Assembly: GCA_001179505.1 (NCBI GenBank)
Contig: CDMY01000248.1
Location: 85,303-149,302, forward strand
Origin: Vitrella brassicaformis CCMP3155
Lineage: Eukaryota > Protista > Chromerida
Length of the DNA: 64,000 bases
Direction: 5' to 3'
The position numbers were made by a program, and so were the translations under genes. Shown in pieces: positions 38,288 through 50,124 of this stretch (positions are counted from its first letter, which is position 1; every line of letters starts with the position of its first letter). A model generated the notes under the pieces. That model was not told where the DNA came from, did not search any database, and worked only from the letters and a program-made list of their open reading frames with translations.

Positions 38288-39621
38288 TCACTGGTTGCTG
38301 GTTTGGTTGTTGGTGTCAGGGTCGTTCTGGTCGCCCTGGTCCAGCCCCGCATTATACGCTGCGATCATGCCCTGCTGCATGTTTTCCAGGGCCGTGGAGA
38401 GCCCTGGCATGAACGCGCTCAGCAGGCGCCCTGGGAAGCCAGCAGCAGCAGGGGGGGGGCCACCACCAGCAGCAGGGCCAGCTGCCTGCCCAGCGGCAGC
38501 GGCAGCAGCAGCCGCAACACTCTCTGCAGACATACAGACATCCATGGATTCATTCATGTGTGTGAGGAAGGAGACGTAAAGTGTGTCCGTGTATGTGTGT
38601 GTATGTGTGTGGTGGTCGAGACGCCACGCCACGCCATGCGACTCACGGCTATTGGTCTCTGCACCATGAAAAGAAAGAAAAGAGCAAAGATGAGATGCAG
38701 CCTGAGCGTCCATCCATCCATCCATCCATCCATCCATGTGAACGTACCGAGATCCTTGAGTTCTATCTGGTCGTCCTGTTCCACGACAACACACACACCA
38801 CGACGCACCGCATTCGATCGTACATAATGGGTGTTTGAATGTGTGGCTCTATCTGTGTCGCGCACCTTGGGTCTGTTGTCGTTTCTGTCCTTGATGGCCT
38901 GGCGGAACTCGTCCACGGGATTCTGTGGCCCTCCCTGCACCAACACCACACCACACCACACCAGCCTCTCTCTCTGTGTCCAGCTGTGTGTCTGTGTATG
39001 TGGCCTAGGTACGAGCGGTTTGAGGTCTACGTCCAGGAATTCGTCATCCTCCTCCCCATCATCGTCGGTCTGGGTGAAGTGCAGTCTGACCAAACGCGTC
39101 GATCTGATTAAAGACAGAAGGAGGGGGGGACACAGACACAAGTGGACGGCTTCCCACCCTACCCAGAAGGTCTGTTACAGACCTACCTGTTGAACTCCAC
39201 CAGTTTGAGTTTATCGAAGAGGATGCGCTGCTTGAACTTGGACGACACTACACACACAGACAGACAAGAGATGGCTGCACGTGTCTCTACGTGTCAATTT
39301 CTGGCATACCGAAGTCGATGCGCGAATCCGAAAACTCAACACGACCCTGACCGACACAGACAGACAAAGCCAGCCGATGCACCACACCCACACTGATACG
39401 AACCAGCCCCAGCCACGCCACGATACACGCAAGGCCTTCTCACCTCCACCCTCTCGGCCATCCCCGGGGGAAGAACCTCAGCCTCTAGCTTGGGATTGCT
39501 GCATGGGTCAACAGACGACAAGAGTGTCACTCAGCTGCACAGGCAACCTGCCCGCATACCCCCGCCATCTCACCTGAAACTCACTGCATACCCCCGCCAT
39601 CTCACCTGAAACTCACTGCAT

Positions 39622-39655
<34 letters not shown>

Positions 39656-42506
39656 TGGATGGTGTACAGAAAGATCGCCATGTGTCTTCTGGCGCACGTA
39701 GCTCTTACGTGGCGCGACGTAGGTGGAGGGAAGGAACGGCCCACCTGACACGAGAGCAGAGGAAACGTGTGTGTGTCGGTCTGGACATGTGTGCAATGAC
39801 TACTACCCATGTCGATGCTGGAGTTGCGATACGAGGAGGGTGAACTGGAACCTGACACAATAAAATCACACACACACACACACATTCACAAGTGTGAGAA
39901 GTCATCTCGTCTGCATGCCATCCGTAAGCTCACGTAGCATGTCGGCCGTGGAGTTGCACTGGAAGCTGCTCGAGGCACTCGGGCTATCGCTGTCCGCGGG
40001 GGAATCCTTGGGCAGCGAATAGATCTGAATGTCCGCCCCCGTCTTGTTGAAGGTCCGAACACTCTCGAGCAGCAATTCCACATCCTAATTGCCAAGAGAT
40101 ACGAAGCGCATCCATCCACTGTCACGCATGTGTGGCGTGTGGGCTTCTGGGGTGCTCACTTCGAGGTTGTGAAATTTGATGTCGAGACCGGGAAGGCCTT
40201 TGTCGATATGATTCACGACCACATCCCTGGATAAGGACACGCACGTACACCATCAGGGATACAACATGGATGTGGCTGGGTGTGGGTGGGTGTGGCGCTG
40301 CTTACTTCGGTGACATGATGCTGGTGTTGCCGACACTGCGGAGCCCTCCATATCCGACAAAGAACGCATCTGCAGGAGAATGACGTGTCTCTCTGTGTAT
40401 GCACCCGTGTGTGTGTGGGTGGGGGGGGAGGGGGGTGGGGTGCACCTCGGTGTGTGCTTGGGTAGAAGATGAAGAATGAGTTGTCGATGATGAGCAGCCC
40501 CTGCAGCACGCAGACAGACACACGTACAGACGCAGTGGTGGAAAAGATGGTCTCGTTGGCATACACACCGGGGTCCAGCCAGATTTGATTTCGTACGACT
40601 TTGAGGTCTTCGGGGGCACCATCTCGAGTATCTCCACGCGAGCCGTCACCAAATCAGCACCACCACCACCACCAGCAGCTGACACACAGCCACAGGGCAC
40701 AAGTGGTCAGACAGACACCGCCCTGACCCAGCCTCCCCCTCCCCTTCTCCCATGTCTGTGTGTGGGTCGGCCTGTGACCTACCGTAGAACTTGCCTTTGG
40801 ATTGGTCTTTGATTGGCACAGTGGCCTGCTGTTGTAGTATGTCCATCACATCCTTGACCACGTCCTGATCAATGACACACACCCCACAACAGGCGCAGGT
40901 GTACAGGCGATGATGCGTGTGAACCCGTTCCTTGCGTACCGTCTCAGGGTCCTTGAAACTGACGAGGAGGTTGGGCGTCTTCGACTCCTGGAAGTCCAAA
41001 ACCAAGACCCTGCACACACACACACACACACCACACACACCACACACACACCACACACACACCCCACACACACACATACACACACATACACACACAAATG
41101 TTCTGTGCATGCTCTGTGTGTGCCGACGGTGTGCCGCTGTGTGTTGTGTGTCTGGTGCATGTGTCGACTGTGGACTCACTGATGGTAGTTTTCTTTCTTG
41201 GTGGAGATGATGTGGTAGTCGATGGTGCTGAGTGAGTCGTAGGGGTACCAGAACGTCGCTGAACATCACACAAACAGAGGCAGATAGGTGCTGTGGCGTG
41301 TGTGTATGCGCCCATCGGTCCGTACGTGCGTGCGGCAGGCGCTGTGCCGGGATGAACTCGAGTGCCTTGGGCTCCAACACAAAGTCACCCTGCGACCGAC
41401 ACACACGAGGAGAAAAGGGGAGGGGAGGTGCGTGTCTCTCTGTGCTTTGTGTGCTGGCTCGTCTCGTCTGCCTACTGAGGTCCACGTCTTGAGATTTATT
41501 TTGGCGACGTCCCCACTCTGGCTCGCCATCGCCTTGTAGCTCCGACTGCAGTGCACGGGTATAGACGTGTGTATGCGTGTGTTCCGTTCAGGTATCGGCA
41601 GGCCTTACTTGGGTATCTGGTTGAAAGTCTCTGCAGGTGAGGGGGGAGACAGATACACACAACGGCAATGCAGCAGGGTGTGTGTGTGCACCATCGTGGT
41701 GTCATGTGTTGGTGTGCGTACCTTCCAGAGAGTCCTCGTCGGTCGCGGAACTCAGCACATCTGTCGACAAGAGGGAAGTAAAAGAAATGCATGATTTCTG
41801 CCCCTTCCCTTACCCCTCACCCCTCACCCTTCTCGATCAGGGCCTTCAGCACCGAGATCTGGTAGGTAGTCTTGAGCACGGCTGCATTCGAAGACACAGA
41901 CATAGCAGCCCATTGCAACACAAACACCACACGCCAAATGTCGTCAGTTTGTGCCCACCCACCACTGAGGCAGTTGCGGATGTTGATGGATGAGGAGGAG
42001 GCGCCCTGTTGAGCCTCCTCAGTCAGCACGGCCGATCCACCTGTAGGAACAGACAATGGGCATCCTCTCCCGTGTATGTGTCCCCCGTCCTCATGTAACA
42101 CATCAAATCCACAACAACACAGCCGCATGCAGCAAATCCCACCATAGCATCGCATACCTCCATTCGTGTTGGCCACATCTTGAGCGGCAGCCGTTTCCAT
42201 CATGGCCTGAGTGTGCGTGTTACCAGCCTCTGTGCAAAGGAGGAGATCCATTCATCCATCCATCCAATGGCATCCATCCATCCATCTTTCCATCCAGCAC
42301 ACACATGCCGCCATTTCCATGGATACCCGTGAGCCCCGACTCCGAGTCCTCGGTCTTGCCTTCCCCCCCTTCGGCCACACCCTCAGTGGGCACACCTGTG
42401 CATAAGATGCACATTTGCACAGGCCTCGCGGAGGGCCTCTCCTCCAGCGTCCTGTGTTCTCACCGTGGAGCTCGTCCTTCTCAGAGCTCGAGGAAGACGC
42501 CATCAT
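38288..42506 (-). CDS. Multi-exon protein with about three tandem PH/GRAM-like domains, paralog A
   Basis: Spliced peptides GDFVLEPKALEFIP / TFWYPYDSL / VLVLDF, then GLLIIDNSFFIFYP, then GRVEFSDSRIDF / RILFDKLKLVEF / VRLHF, each followed by a helix. The fold call is inferred and the 5' end is uncertain. Confidence 0.55.
39554..39617. repeat. Perfect 32-bp tandem duplication spanning an acceptor, a 10-nt micro-exon and a donor
   Basis: gcatacccccgccatctcacctgaaactcact occurs twice. On the minus strand each unit reads atgcag|TGAGTTTCAG|gtgaga. Confidence 0.9.
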
Positions 42507-43043
42507 GATGATCACAGGAGTATGAGAACTCTTCTGAACGAAACCTTGAGAGAACCGAGAACTCAGATGCCTGTGTGTTTACAGCTCAGGCTCGCAAGTG
42601 CACCCCCCGAAATGCAATACAGACAGCTGCAGCAGACCGCTCGTCTGAACCCTCCCTCTGACCAGACATTTGTACAAACAGACATAACATGCAATTCACA
42701 AGGAGGAAAGGCAGGCAGGCAGGCGGCGACAACAGCTATCCATCCACTTACCAAAACCTGCCCAAGCCTTCCATCCATCCATCCATCCATCCATCCATCG
42801 GCCCATCCCTTTGTCTACTTAAGCAGAGGGGGAGACAGGTGTCGACTGGCGCCATCGGCTCTGGTCAGTCAACCGGCACCCATCTCTCCACCCCATCCCG
42901 CCCTCTCTTGACGTACCCCAACACACGCCAATCTATCTCTGGCACATCCACCGTGAACCCGTTAGCTACCTCCAGCACCCACTTGCCGTCCTGAAGCAGC
43001 GGCAGAGAAGCCAACCCCATGCAGCACCGCCCCTACCTCCGGC

Positions 43044-44090
43044 TCACTTCAGCAGGTCGTTGATGACGAGGTCGAACTGCTTGAGCACCCGACGCCACAG
43101 GGGCACCGACACGGGGAAGCGGGTGCTCAGCGGCGCAGGCGCATGAGCAACAGCCGACTCGGTCGTGGTCAGAGTGATGCTGTCAGCTTGGATCTCCAGG
43201 TGGGCGGCGACAGTATCGGGGGGTCGAAACCCGCTCACAACCACAAGACGCGCGTCATTGCCGTCATCCTGACGGTCGGCCACGATGCCCATCTGCTGGG
43301 GGATGTGGCCGGTGGGCAGAGACTGACGGCTGGCGCTGCGTCTGTCCGCCGTGGTTTTCACCGTCGTCCGGTGCACTCCCCCCTGATGAGACCACCAGTA
43401 AACCAAGCAGCACAGGAGATATGAGGAGAAGGACCGGTGGAGAGTGATGCCATCCCGGATGACGGGATCGCCTCTCTGGTATCCCTCGGCGTAAGGATGG
43501 TTGGCCGGCAACTCCCCCAAAGGCACCGCACGAAAGACCCGGCCAGTGCCGATCCAGTAGGCGCCGCTAGCGTCTTGTTCCAGGTTCAGGCAGTCGCTCT
43601 GGTGCGTCAGCTGGCGTCCGATAAGCCGATAAATGGCAATTGCGAGAGGCAGGTTGCGAAGGCCCCACATGTTAGGCAGATGAGTCACCGACAGCAGCAG
43701 AGGAAGTCCGGTGGATGGGGTCAGCCGATAGATGGCCGCCAGTCTGATGAATTGCCCGATGGACCGCCACTCGGCAGCACGCTGCTGACATCCCAAGAAG
43801 TAGACGGTCTTGAGGGCCGCCTCAAGGTCACTAATGGTGAAGAACAAGACATCTCGCAGGACCAGGCGGCTCATCGCCTCCTCTATATGCTCCTCGACGA
43901 GCCTCAGCATCGTGGCAAGACCATCGGGAGAGCTGTTGGAGATCTGGGAGCGGAGAGCGGCCCGTTGCTGGTCGTCGCCCGACACGGCAATGTCAGCGGC
44001 CTTCTTGATTGCGAGTGTCAGCAGGGACGAGAGGGGTGGAGGGCTCGGGGGCTTCTGATCGGGGAGCTGCTGTGTGGGCTGGGACGCCAT
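43044..44090 (-). CDS. Intronless hypothetical protein (probably a lineage-specific family)
   Basis: Single open frame from MASQPTQQ to ...VINDLLK* with coding-like GC3 bias and no recognised domain. Confidence 0.75.
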   Translation of the reverse strand: MASQPTQQLPDQKPPSPPPLSSLLTLAIKKAADIAVSGDDQQRAALRSQISNSSPDGLATMLRLVEEHIEEAMSRLVLRDVLFFTISDLEAALKTVYFLGCQQRAAEWRSIGQFIRLAAIYRLTPSTGLPLLLSVTHLPNMWGLRNLPLAIAIYRLIGRQLTHQSDCLNLEQDASGAYWIGTGRVFRAVPLGELPANHPYAEGYQRGDPVIRDGITLHRSFSSYLLCCLVYWWSHQGGVHRTTVKTTADRRSASRQSLPTGHIPQQMGIVADRQDDGNDARLVVVSGFRPPDTVAAHLEIQADSITLTTTESAVAHAPAPLSTRFPVSVPLWRRVLKQFDLVINDLLK

Positions 44091-44588
44091 CGGTGAGTGA
44101 GCGAGCGGTCTGAGGGGCCATGACAGACATAGAGAAAATGGGCATGCGATGCGCTTTGCGCGTGGGTGGCTTCGTACATACATGGTAGGCGGTTTGATGC
44201 GACGGTTGTGTCCTCCTGGTCTGCTGGTTCCTGCAGGAGCCACAGACCATCACCGTGTTTGATGCCATTCATACACTGGCCCTTCGCTCACCCGGCGTTC
44301 GTCAGTCAGTGAGATTCGAAGACCCAGCTGGTATGCAGTTGTCCCGGTGACGCACAATCTGGCACACAGCCCAAACCAGCAATATCAACACAGTCATCGC
44401 ACGACGAATCCATCCAAACGAAAACAGGCAGACAGACAGAGCAGACGCAGGACCAGCTCTGAGTCACTGGCTGCCTTTCATCGTATGAACATCCATAGTC
44501 CGCGTTTCACTTTGCTGACCTTTGCTGCGATGATGCTATCACAGCGATTATCGGATGCCTGGGCCCATTTCTTCCCTCCTCTGTTCTC

Positions 44589-44611
44589 AGCTCGCCCTTT
44601 CTGAGCTCGCA
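44589..44611 (+). promoter_or_regulatory. Paired AGCTCGC motif upstream of the two-RRM gene
   Basis: agctcgccctttctgagctcgca lies about 80-100 nt before ATG 44689. Confidence 0.45.
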
Positions 44612-44688
44612 AACGAGGGGAAGGAAGGGGAAGAAAGGGGAAAGAGAAGGGAAGCCTTCTTCGCCAACGAGAAGGACGGGTCTTCGCG

Positions 44689-45479
44689 ATGGTTTCTGAT
44701 CCTCGTGCTCTGTATGTCGCCCACCTGCCCGACGGATGCACGAAGGAGCATCTTGAGGAGCTGGCGAAGGACCTGCGGGGCTTCAAGGAGGCGCGGCTGG
44801 TACCAGGGCGCGCGGAGGGCTTCTACGCATTCGTGGACTTCGCTGACGCCGAGTGCTGCCGCGCTGCTTTGCCGCTGCTCGAGGTCAGCAATGAAGGAGA
44901 GGAAGGAGAGGACACCAACTGATGCAGAGAGGCCACCGTGCACGCTGTCCTGGTCTGTGGGTTGCATATGTCTTGGTTTGTCAGGACAAGAAGCTGCCGG
45001 CATTTCCCTCCTTCCCCGGCCTGAAGATCTCCTACGCCCGCACTTCCAAGAGGATCCGCGAGGAGTCCCCCGACCTGAGGACCGCCCAGCGCCCTCGCTC
45101 AGACAAACCCCCTCCCCGCAGAGGACGCGAGCGCGAGCGGGAGAGGGAGAGGGAGAGGGAAAGAGAGAGAGAGCGGGAGGCGCCGGTGGGCAGTCAGCCG
45201 TCCAATGTGGTGTATGTGGACTACATCCCCGGCGACTGCACGGAGAGGGAGCTGTCGCACATCTTCCGGCCGTTCCCCGGCTATGTGAGCTGCCGTGTGG
45301 TGCCGCGGCAGGGCACCCGGTGGCTGTATGGGTTTGTCGTCTACACCAACGACGAGCAGGCGGGGCTGGTCATCGACACGGCGCAGGGCTATCGCCTCAG
45401 CCCGGAGGACCAGCGGGGGCTGGAGCTCATGTATGCCAAGACCAGTGTGCGCGTGTCGAGGAGGGGCAACAAGCGATAG
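44689..45479 (+). CDS. Two-RRM RNA-binding protein (RBPMS/plant NSR-like) with an RE dipeptide linker
   Basis: RRM1 has LYVAHLP...YAFVDF. RRM2 has VVYVDYIPGDCTERELSHIFRPFPGY...YGFVVY...QGYRL. One intron lies at about 44884-44984. Confidence 0.85.
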
Positions 45480-46124
45480 ATTGTCAGGGGTAGCTAGCTA
45501 TTGACGGGATGGTGTATCGTTTTCGACGGCTGGCCACGGTTTTTCTGTCTTGTTGGTGAGTTGAGGTGACGGCCGAACGTATGTGAACAGCAAGTGTTGG
45601 GGCGTGAGTGTACTTCCCTTTTGCTGGGTGGTGGGCTGTGTGTGCTGCTATTTTATCCTTCCTTGGCGACGCACCTTCCTCGGGTGATTTGGTCCTGTCA
45701 GCCCTTCTCACTGGCAGGACACAATTGTCGATGATGGAGAAGGCGCCGATGGAAGGAAAGACAGAAGACCGGCACCTGTGTGCCGTGCCGACGAGGAAGG
45801 TGCATAGACTCCATGTTTGTGTCGTGTCTTCTGCACAGTCACTGTGATGTGCTGGGTATCGAGTTCGCATGACGCACTTGGTCCCGCTGCTTGAATCTCA
45901 TGCACCTGCCCGGATATGGAGATCTGGCCAGATGCATGAGTCTGATGCCAGCTCACGCTCACTGGATGCGATCGATGATGACAGTCAGCAATGGGTTAGC
46001 CATTTCAGTGCAAGATGAGGGACTCCTGAGAGATCTGCCGGCCGGTGAGACGCCCACAAGCTGGCCAAAGCCCCCACCCCTCAGCTCGCGCGTGCTTAGC
46101 TCGTGTTGGAAGTTGCGAGATAAG

Positions 46125-47986
46125 ATGGCAGCTGAGGAGGGCGGTATCGTCTACACCAAGGAGCAGGACCGCCACTTCAAGGCTCAGGGCGCCACGCAAG
46201 AGGTACGGCATCCCGCCATTGACACCATCTCCGCCCTCTGGCCTTGCCGAATGCATGGACCTCTGTGACGGTTGTGTCCAGATGCGTGTGGGCTATGTGT
46301 TGCGTGCCGTTGTGGAGCCCGTGATGGAGAGCACCGGCGAAGACCTGGCCGGGGAGGGGCAAGTCCATCGCGAAGGGCTCAAGGAGTTCCTCGCGAAGAC
46401 CTGCACCATCTTCCGCAAGGTGCGCTGACCACACAATATACGGCCAGAGATCCATGGCTGCATGGTGGATGTGGCCTTCTTCTTGGCGCGTTTGATGGAT
46501 GGACGGACGAATGCATTGGATTGGCTGGGTGTCAGGATGAGTTGTCGCGCGAGTGGATGGAGTACGTGTCCCGTGAGGTGCCGGCGGTGTCGAGTCGCCG
46601 CCCGCCCACCTGGAAGGCGCAGATCCCATGCCTCACCTCGACGCTGCAGGTAACTAACCCACACAGTCCACTCACACCGAACGCACGCCACACGCGCCGA
46701 TGGATGGATGGCCATATGTGTGATGTGTTTCGTGTGGTGCGGTGTGTTGTGTGCAGGAGTACACCAAGGTTGAGGTCAAGATAGATCGTCTTCGTGGCGG
46801 CGTTGCGGAGCAGGTGCACCTGTTTGAGAAACAGGGCGTCAGGGTCGCACTGGCCAGACTCATGATCATGGCACACGACGTCGTCTGTAAGCAATCAGAC
46901 GAGAGGAGAGGAGAGGAGAGGCAAGCTGTCTTTATCCATGCATCCATCCATCCATCCATCCATCCACACCAAACATCTATCTATATTGACCTGTTTGACG
47001 TGGCCGGTTGGTTTGGTTTGGTTTGGTTTGTGTGCAGGTGAGACTGCTGAGACGATGTACAATGCGTTGGTGATGCGGGCGGAGACCCTCCGGGCCCTCA
47101 CGGACAACAACTACGGCCTCCCGCCTCACGCCGAGGTCGGCCCACGAGGGACAAAGGGCGGGAGGGAGGGAGGGAGGGAGGGAGGGAGGGGAGAGAGGAG
47201 GGAGGCTCACTTTTCTCTCTTTGTGTGTCAGGTGTTGCGTGACAATCGCAAGGTGTCGGATCTCAAGAAGCTCTGGTCCGGACACCATGCACACACATCA
47301 CAGGAAACGAGTTGCACCAGGTGCATCTTCCCGTGTGTGTGTGTGTGTGTGATTGATGGATGTGCAGGAAGAGTTTGACCAAGCAGGAGGCTGAGGTGCG
47401 CGCCAAGCTGCAGGTGGCCCACCACCCCCACATGATGCCCATGCCCCTCCCGGACGGCACACACCCGCCCCTGGACAACCACAACAACGACGGCAACGGA
47501 AACGGAGAACACAACGAGCCCAACGACCCCAACGAGCGCCTGCTGACCCTCGCCGCCATCCCTGCCGGCCCGCCCAACGGCTACCCATACCCACACATGG
47601 TGGTGCCCATCACCATGCACCCCATCACACACGAGCGCGCCTCATCCTCATACGCCGTGCCCGCGTCGGCCAAGTCGTCCGAGGAGTTCATCCAGGACGG
47701 CAACGCCAACGGCATCCTGCCCTCACCGGCAGCAGCAGCAGCAGCTGCGGCTACGGCTGCTGGTGGGGGTGGTGGTGGTGGGGAGAAGCGCATGTCTGAA
47801 GAGGCGGTGGCCAACCTGCTGTGCTCGATGAAGGAGGGGGCCTCGCTGGACACGCGGCGCGGCCGCAAGCGGGGCTCGAGCAAGGCGGGCGGTGCGGAGG
47901 GGGACAAGGAGGGGGGCGGCAGGAAGCGACGCACCACCACCAAGAAACGAGACGAGAAAATGACGCAGGAGGCCCAGGGCATGTAA
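46125..47986 (+). CDS. Hypothetical multi-exon protein with a basic NLS-like C-terminus
   Basis: Exons MAAEEGG..., MRVGYVLR..., DELSREW..., EYTKVEV..., ETAETMY... and a terminal exon with RRGRKR and RKRRTTTKKR. The start was chosen from the aagATGG context; an upstream start is possible. Confidence 0.6.
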
Positions 47987-49941
47987 GCCAAGGAGAGAGG
48001 GAGAGAGAATGGGCGTCTCCGTGTTGGATTTGTGGTGTGGTGTGGTGTTTTGTGTGTGGGCTTTTAGATTGGCGGGGTTTCTCGGCCACCCTGGCGGCAT
48101 GTAGCTATCAGAGACAGACAGACAGACAGACAGTTGTTGACGGGGAGAGAGGGGGGATATGTCCATACGTACCATAGCTGACTGACGGCCGGCATTCTTG
48201 AGCAGACACACCAGACTGACCCACTCTTATACGTGTACAGACACCACCGACCACACATAGCGCTTCCGATTACAGCCACGGCAGAGGGTCTGATTGATGG
48301 GGCGAGCGATGGTATGATGGATGGGGGACTCATTCGTGCCGCCATGCAGACGGCGAGACGACCCCTGCGTGCGTGCGTGTGTGGATGTGCGTGTGGATGT
48401 AGCTGGAGAGACACATAGCATAGGTTCAAGCAGCAGCAGCGGTAACACGCACGCAGAAGGAGCACCAAGTCTGCATCATCATTGAATCACGCACCAGTGT
48501 CGTCGGCAGCCAGCATTCGTTAAGGTACAGCACATGTATGTCACCCAGCTAGTGCACAGCGAAGGAGCGGGTGGGCGGGCGGGAGGGAGGGCAGTAAGAG
48601 GCGCGTGGCATGCGTGTTTGCGCACACACACGTCACCTCATTACACTCCCACCCGTCCCATCCATCCACCCGCCCCAACCATTCGACGCTCAGAGTAGGA
48701 GAGGGGAGACACACAGAAGAAAACACTGATGGACGGATGGATGGGGTCATGTGTGCGATTGTGGCAAGGGTTCTGTGCATGTGGATGGGCTTCATTCACA
48801 CACACACACACACCAACGCATTCTCTCAACACGCACACACTGCCTGCATCCTACAGGTACTCGTGCAGCTCTCTCTCTCTCACTCTCTCTGTCTGTAGCA
48901 GCAACAGCAATAGCCATCTGTCTGGTCGGTCTGTCTGTACACATGGCAATGTAATGTCTGTGCTGCCTCCCAGGCGTGCCGTGCCGGAGGGAGGAAGCGG
49001 CGAAAAAATGACGAATGAACAATCAAAGCAAAGTCAAGTCAGCAAAAAAGAGGGGGCTAGGCAGGCAGGCAGCTCACCAATCCACCAATCCACCCATCAG
49101 GTCTCCCTCCCTCTTCCCTCCCTCCCTCCCTCACCCTCTCGGTCAGGTGCCCGTCGTCACCTCATTGTGTTTGTCTGTCTTGTTTGTCAAAATTCCCTAC
49201 CCATTTCCCTCTCCCCCCCACCCCACCCCAGCAGTGAACACAGTCAGTCACCGGTCACCCACCCAGTAATCAACCCATTACATACACACTTACATTTAAC
49301 AGTACCGCACCGCCACGCCCCTTGGAAAGAAGACCACGAGTGAGTGAATTGTAGTTGGTGGACGGCCGGCGACGTACGGTAGGTAGGCATATGTACCAAG
49401 TAGGTCTACGCGGGTCCTAGGCATACGCAACACGCATACCGAACGAGGGAGGGAGGTTTCAAAAGCCACGGTGCTTTGGGGGGTCCGCCACAGACGTACG
49501 TCAGCCGCTCAGCCGGTCAAGTTAGTTTTAAATACGACAGCCGCGACCGACCCGCCCCCTCACGGCCCCTCGAACACTCACTCAGGAATGCATGGACTGG
49601 ACTGACACAGGCAAAGAGGTCGGACGTATGAACACAGCACGAAATGCATTCATGCACAACACACCAATCGGGTCCACGAACGCATGAATGCCTCCCTCTC
49701 GTTGCCCGGCTGCCTGGGCTGGCTGGCACACATGGCTCTAGACAGAGTCCTGTGGAGAGCCATGTGCGAGCGACTTACCAATCATGCCAGACAGACAGAC
49801 AGACAGACGGCCAAGGCCACCCCGCCCACCCACCCACTTTAACGAATCAATCAACAACTCTCGGACAGACCGACTCAATGTGCTGTCTGGCTCCGTAACG
49901 TACTAGGATAGGATGTCGTGTCAGTCTGAAAAATTGCCCCC

Positions 49942-49959
49942 AGAGAGAGAGAGAGAGTC

Positions 49960-50000
<41 letters not shown>
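49942..50000 (+). repeat. Interrupted (GA)n microsatellite
   Basis: Direct reading of the sequence. Confidence 0.95.
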
Positions 50001-50001
<1 letters not shown>

Positions 50002-50124
50002 GGGGAAGGGAAGAGAGAAGATGGCCACACACATAGTCAGTGCATGTATGGTACAGGAAGAAGACAATCAAGACAGACAAGGAGCCCTCCCCTCCAGCCC
50101 CTTCCACGCCTTCCACGCAGTCAG

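Noticed and set aside
39554-39617. CRISPR-like direct repeat
   Set aside because: Only two abutting copies with no spacer, in a eukaryotic intron context and with no cas genes.
40846-41315. His/Thr- and Cys/Val-rich ORFs
   Set aside because: Translations of intronic (AC)/(TG) microsatellites; the same applies to many short ORFs across the track.
38288-42506. SSRP1/SPT16 (FACT) identity for the tandem PH-like proteins
   Set aside because: The tandem PH-like layout and an acidic patch are suggestive, but diagnostic FACT motifs were not found, so no symbol was assigned.
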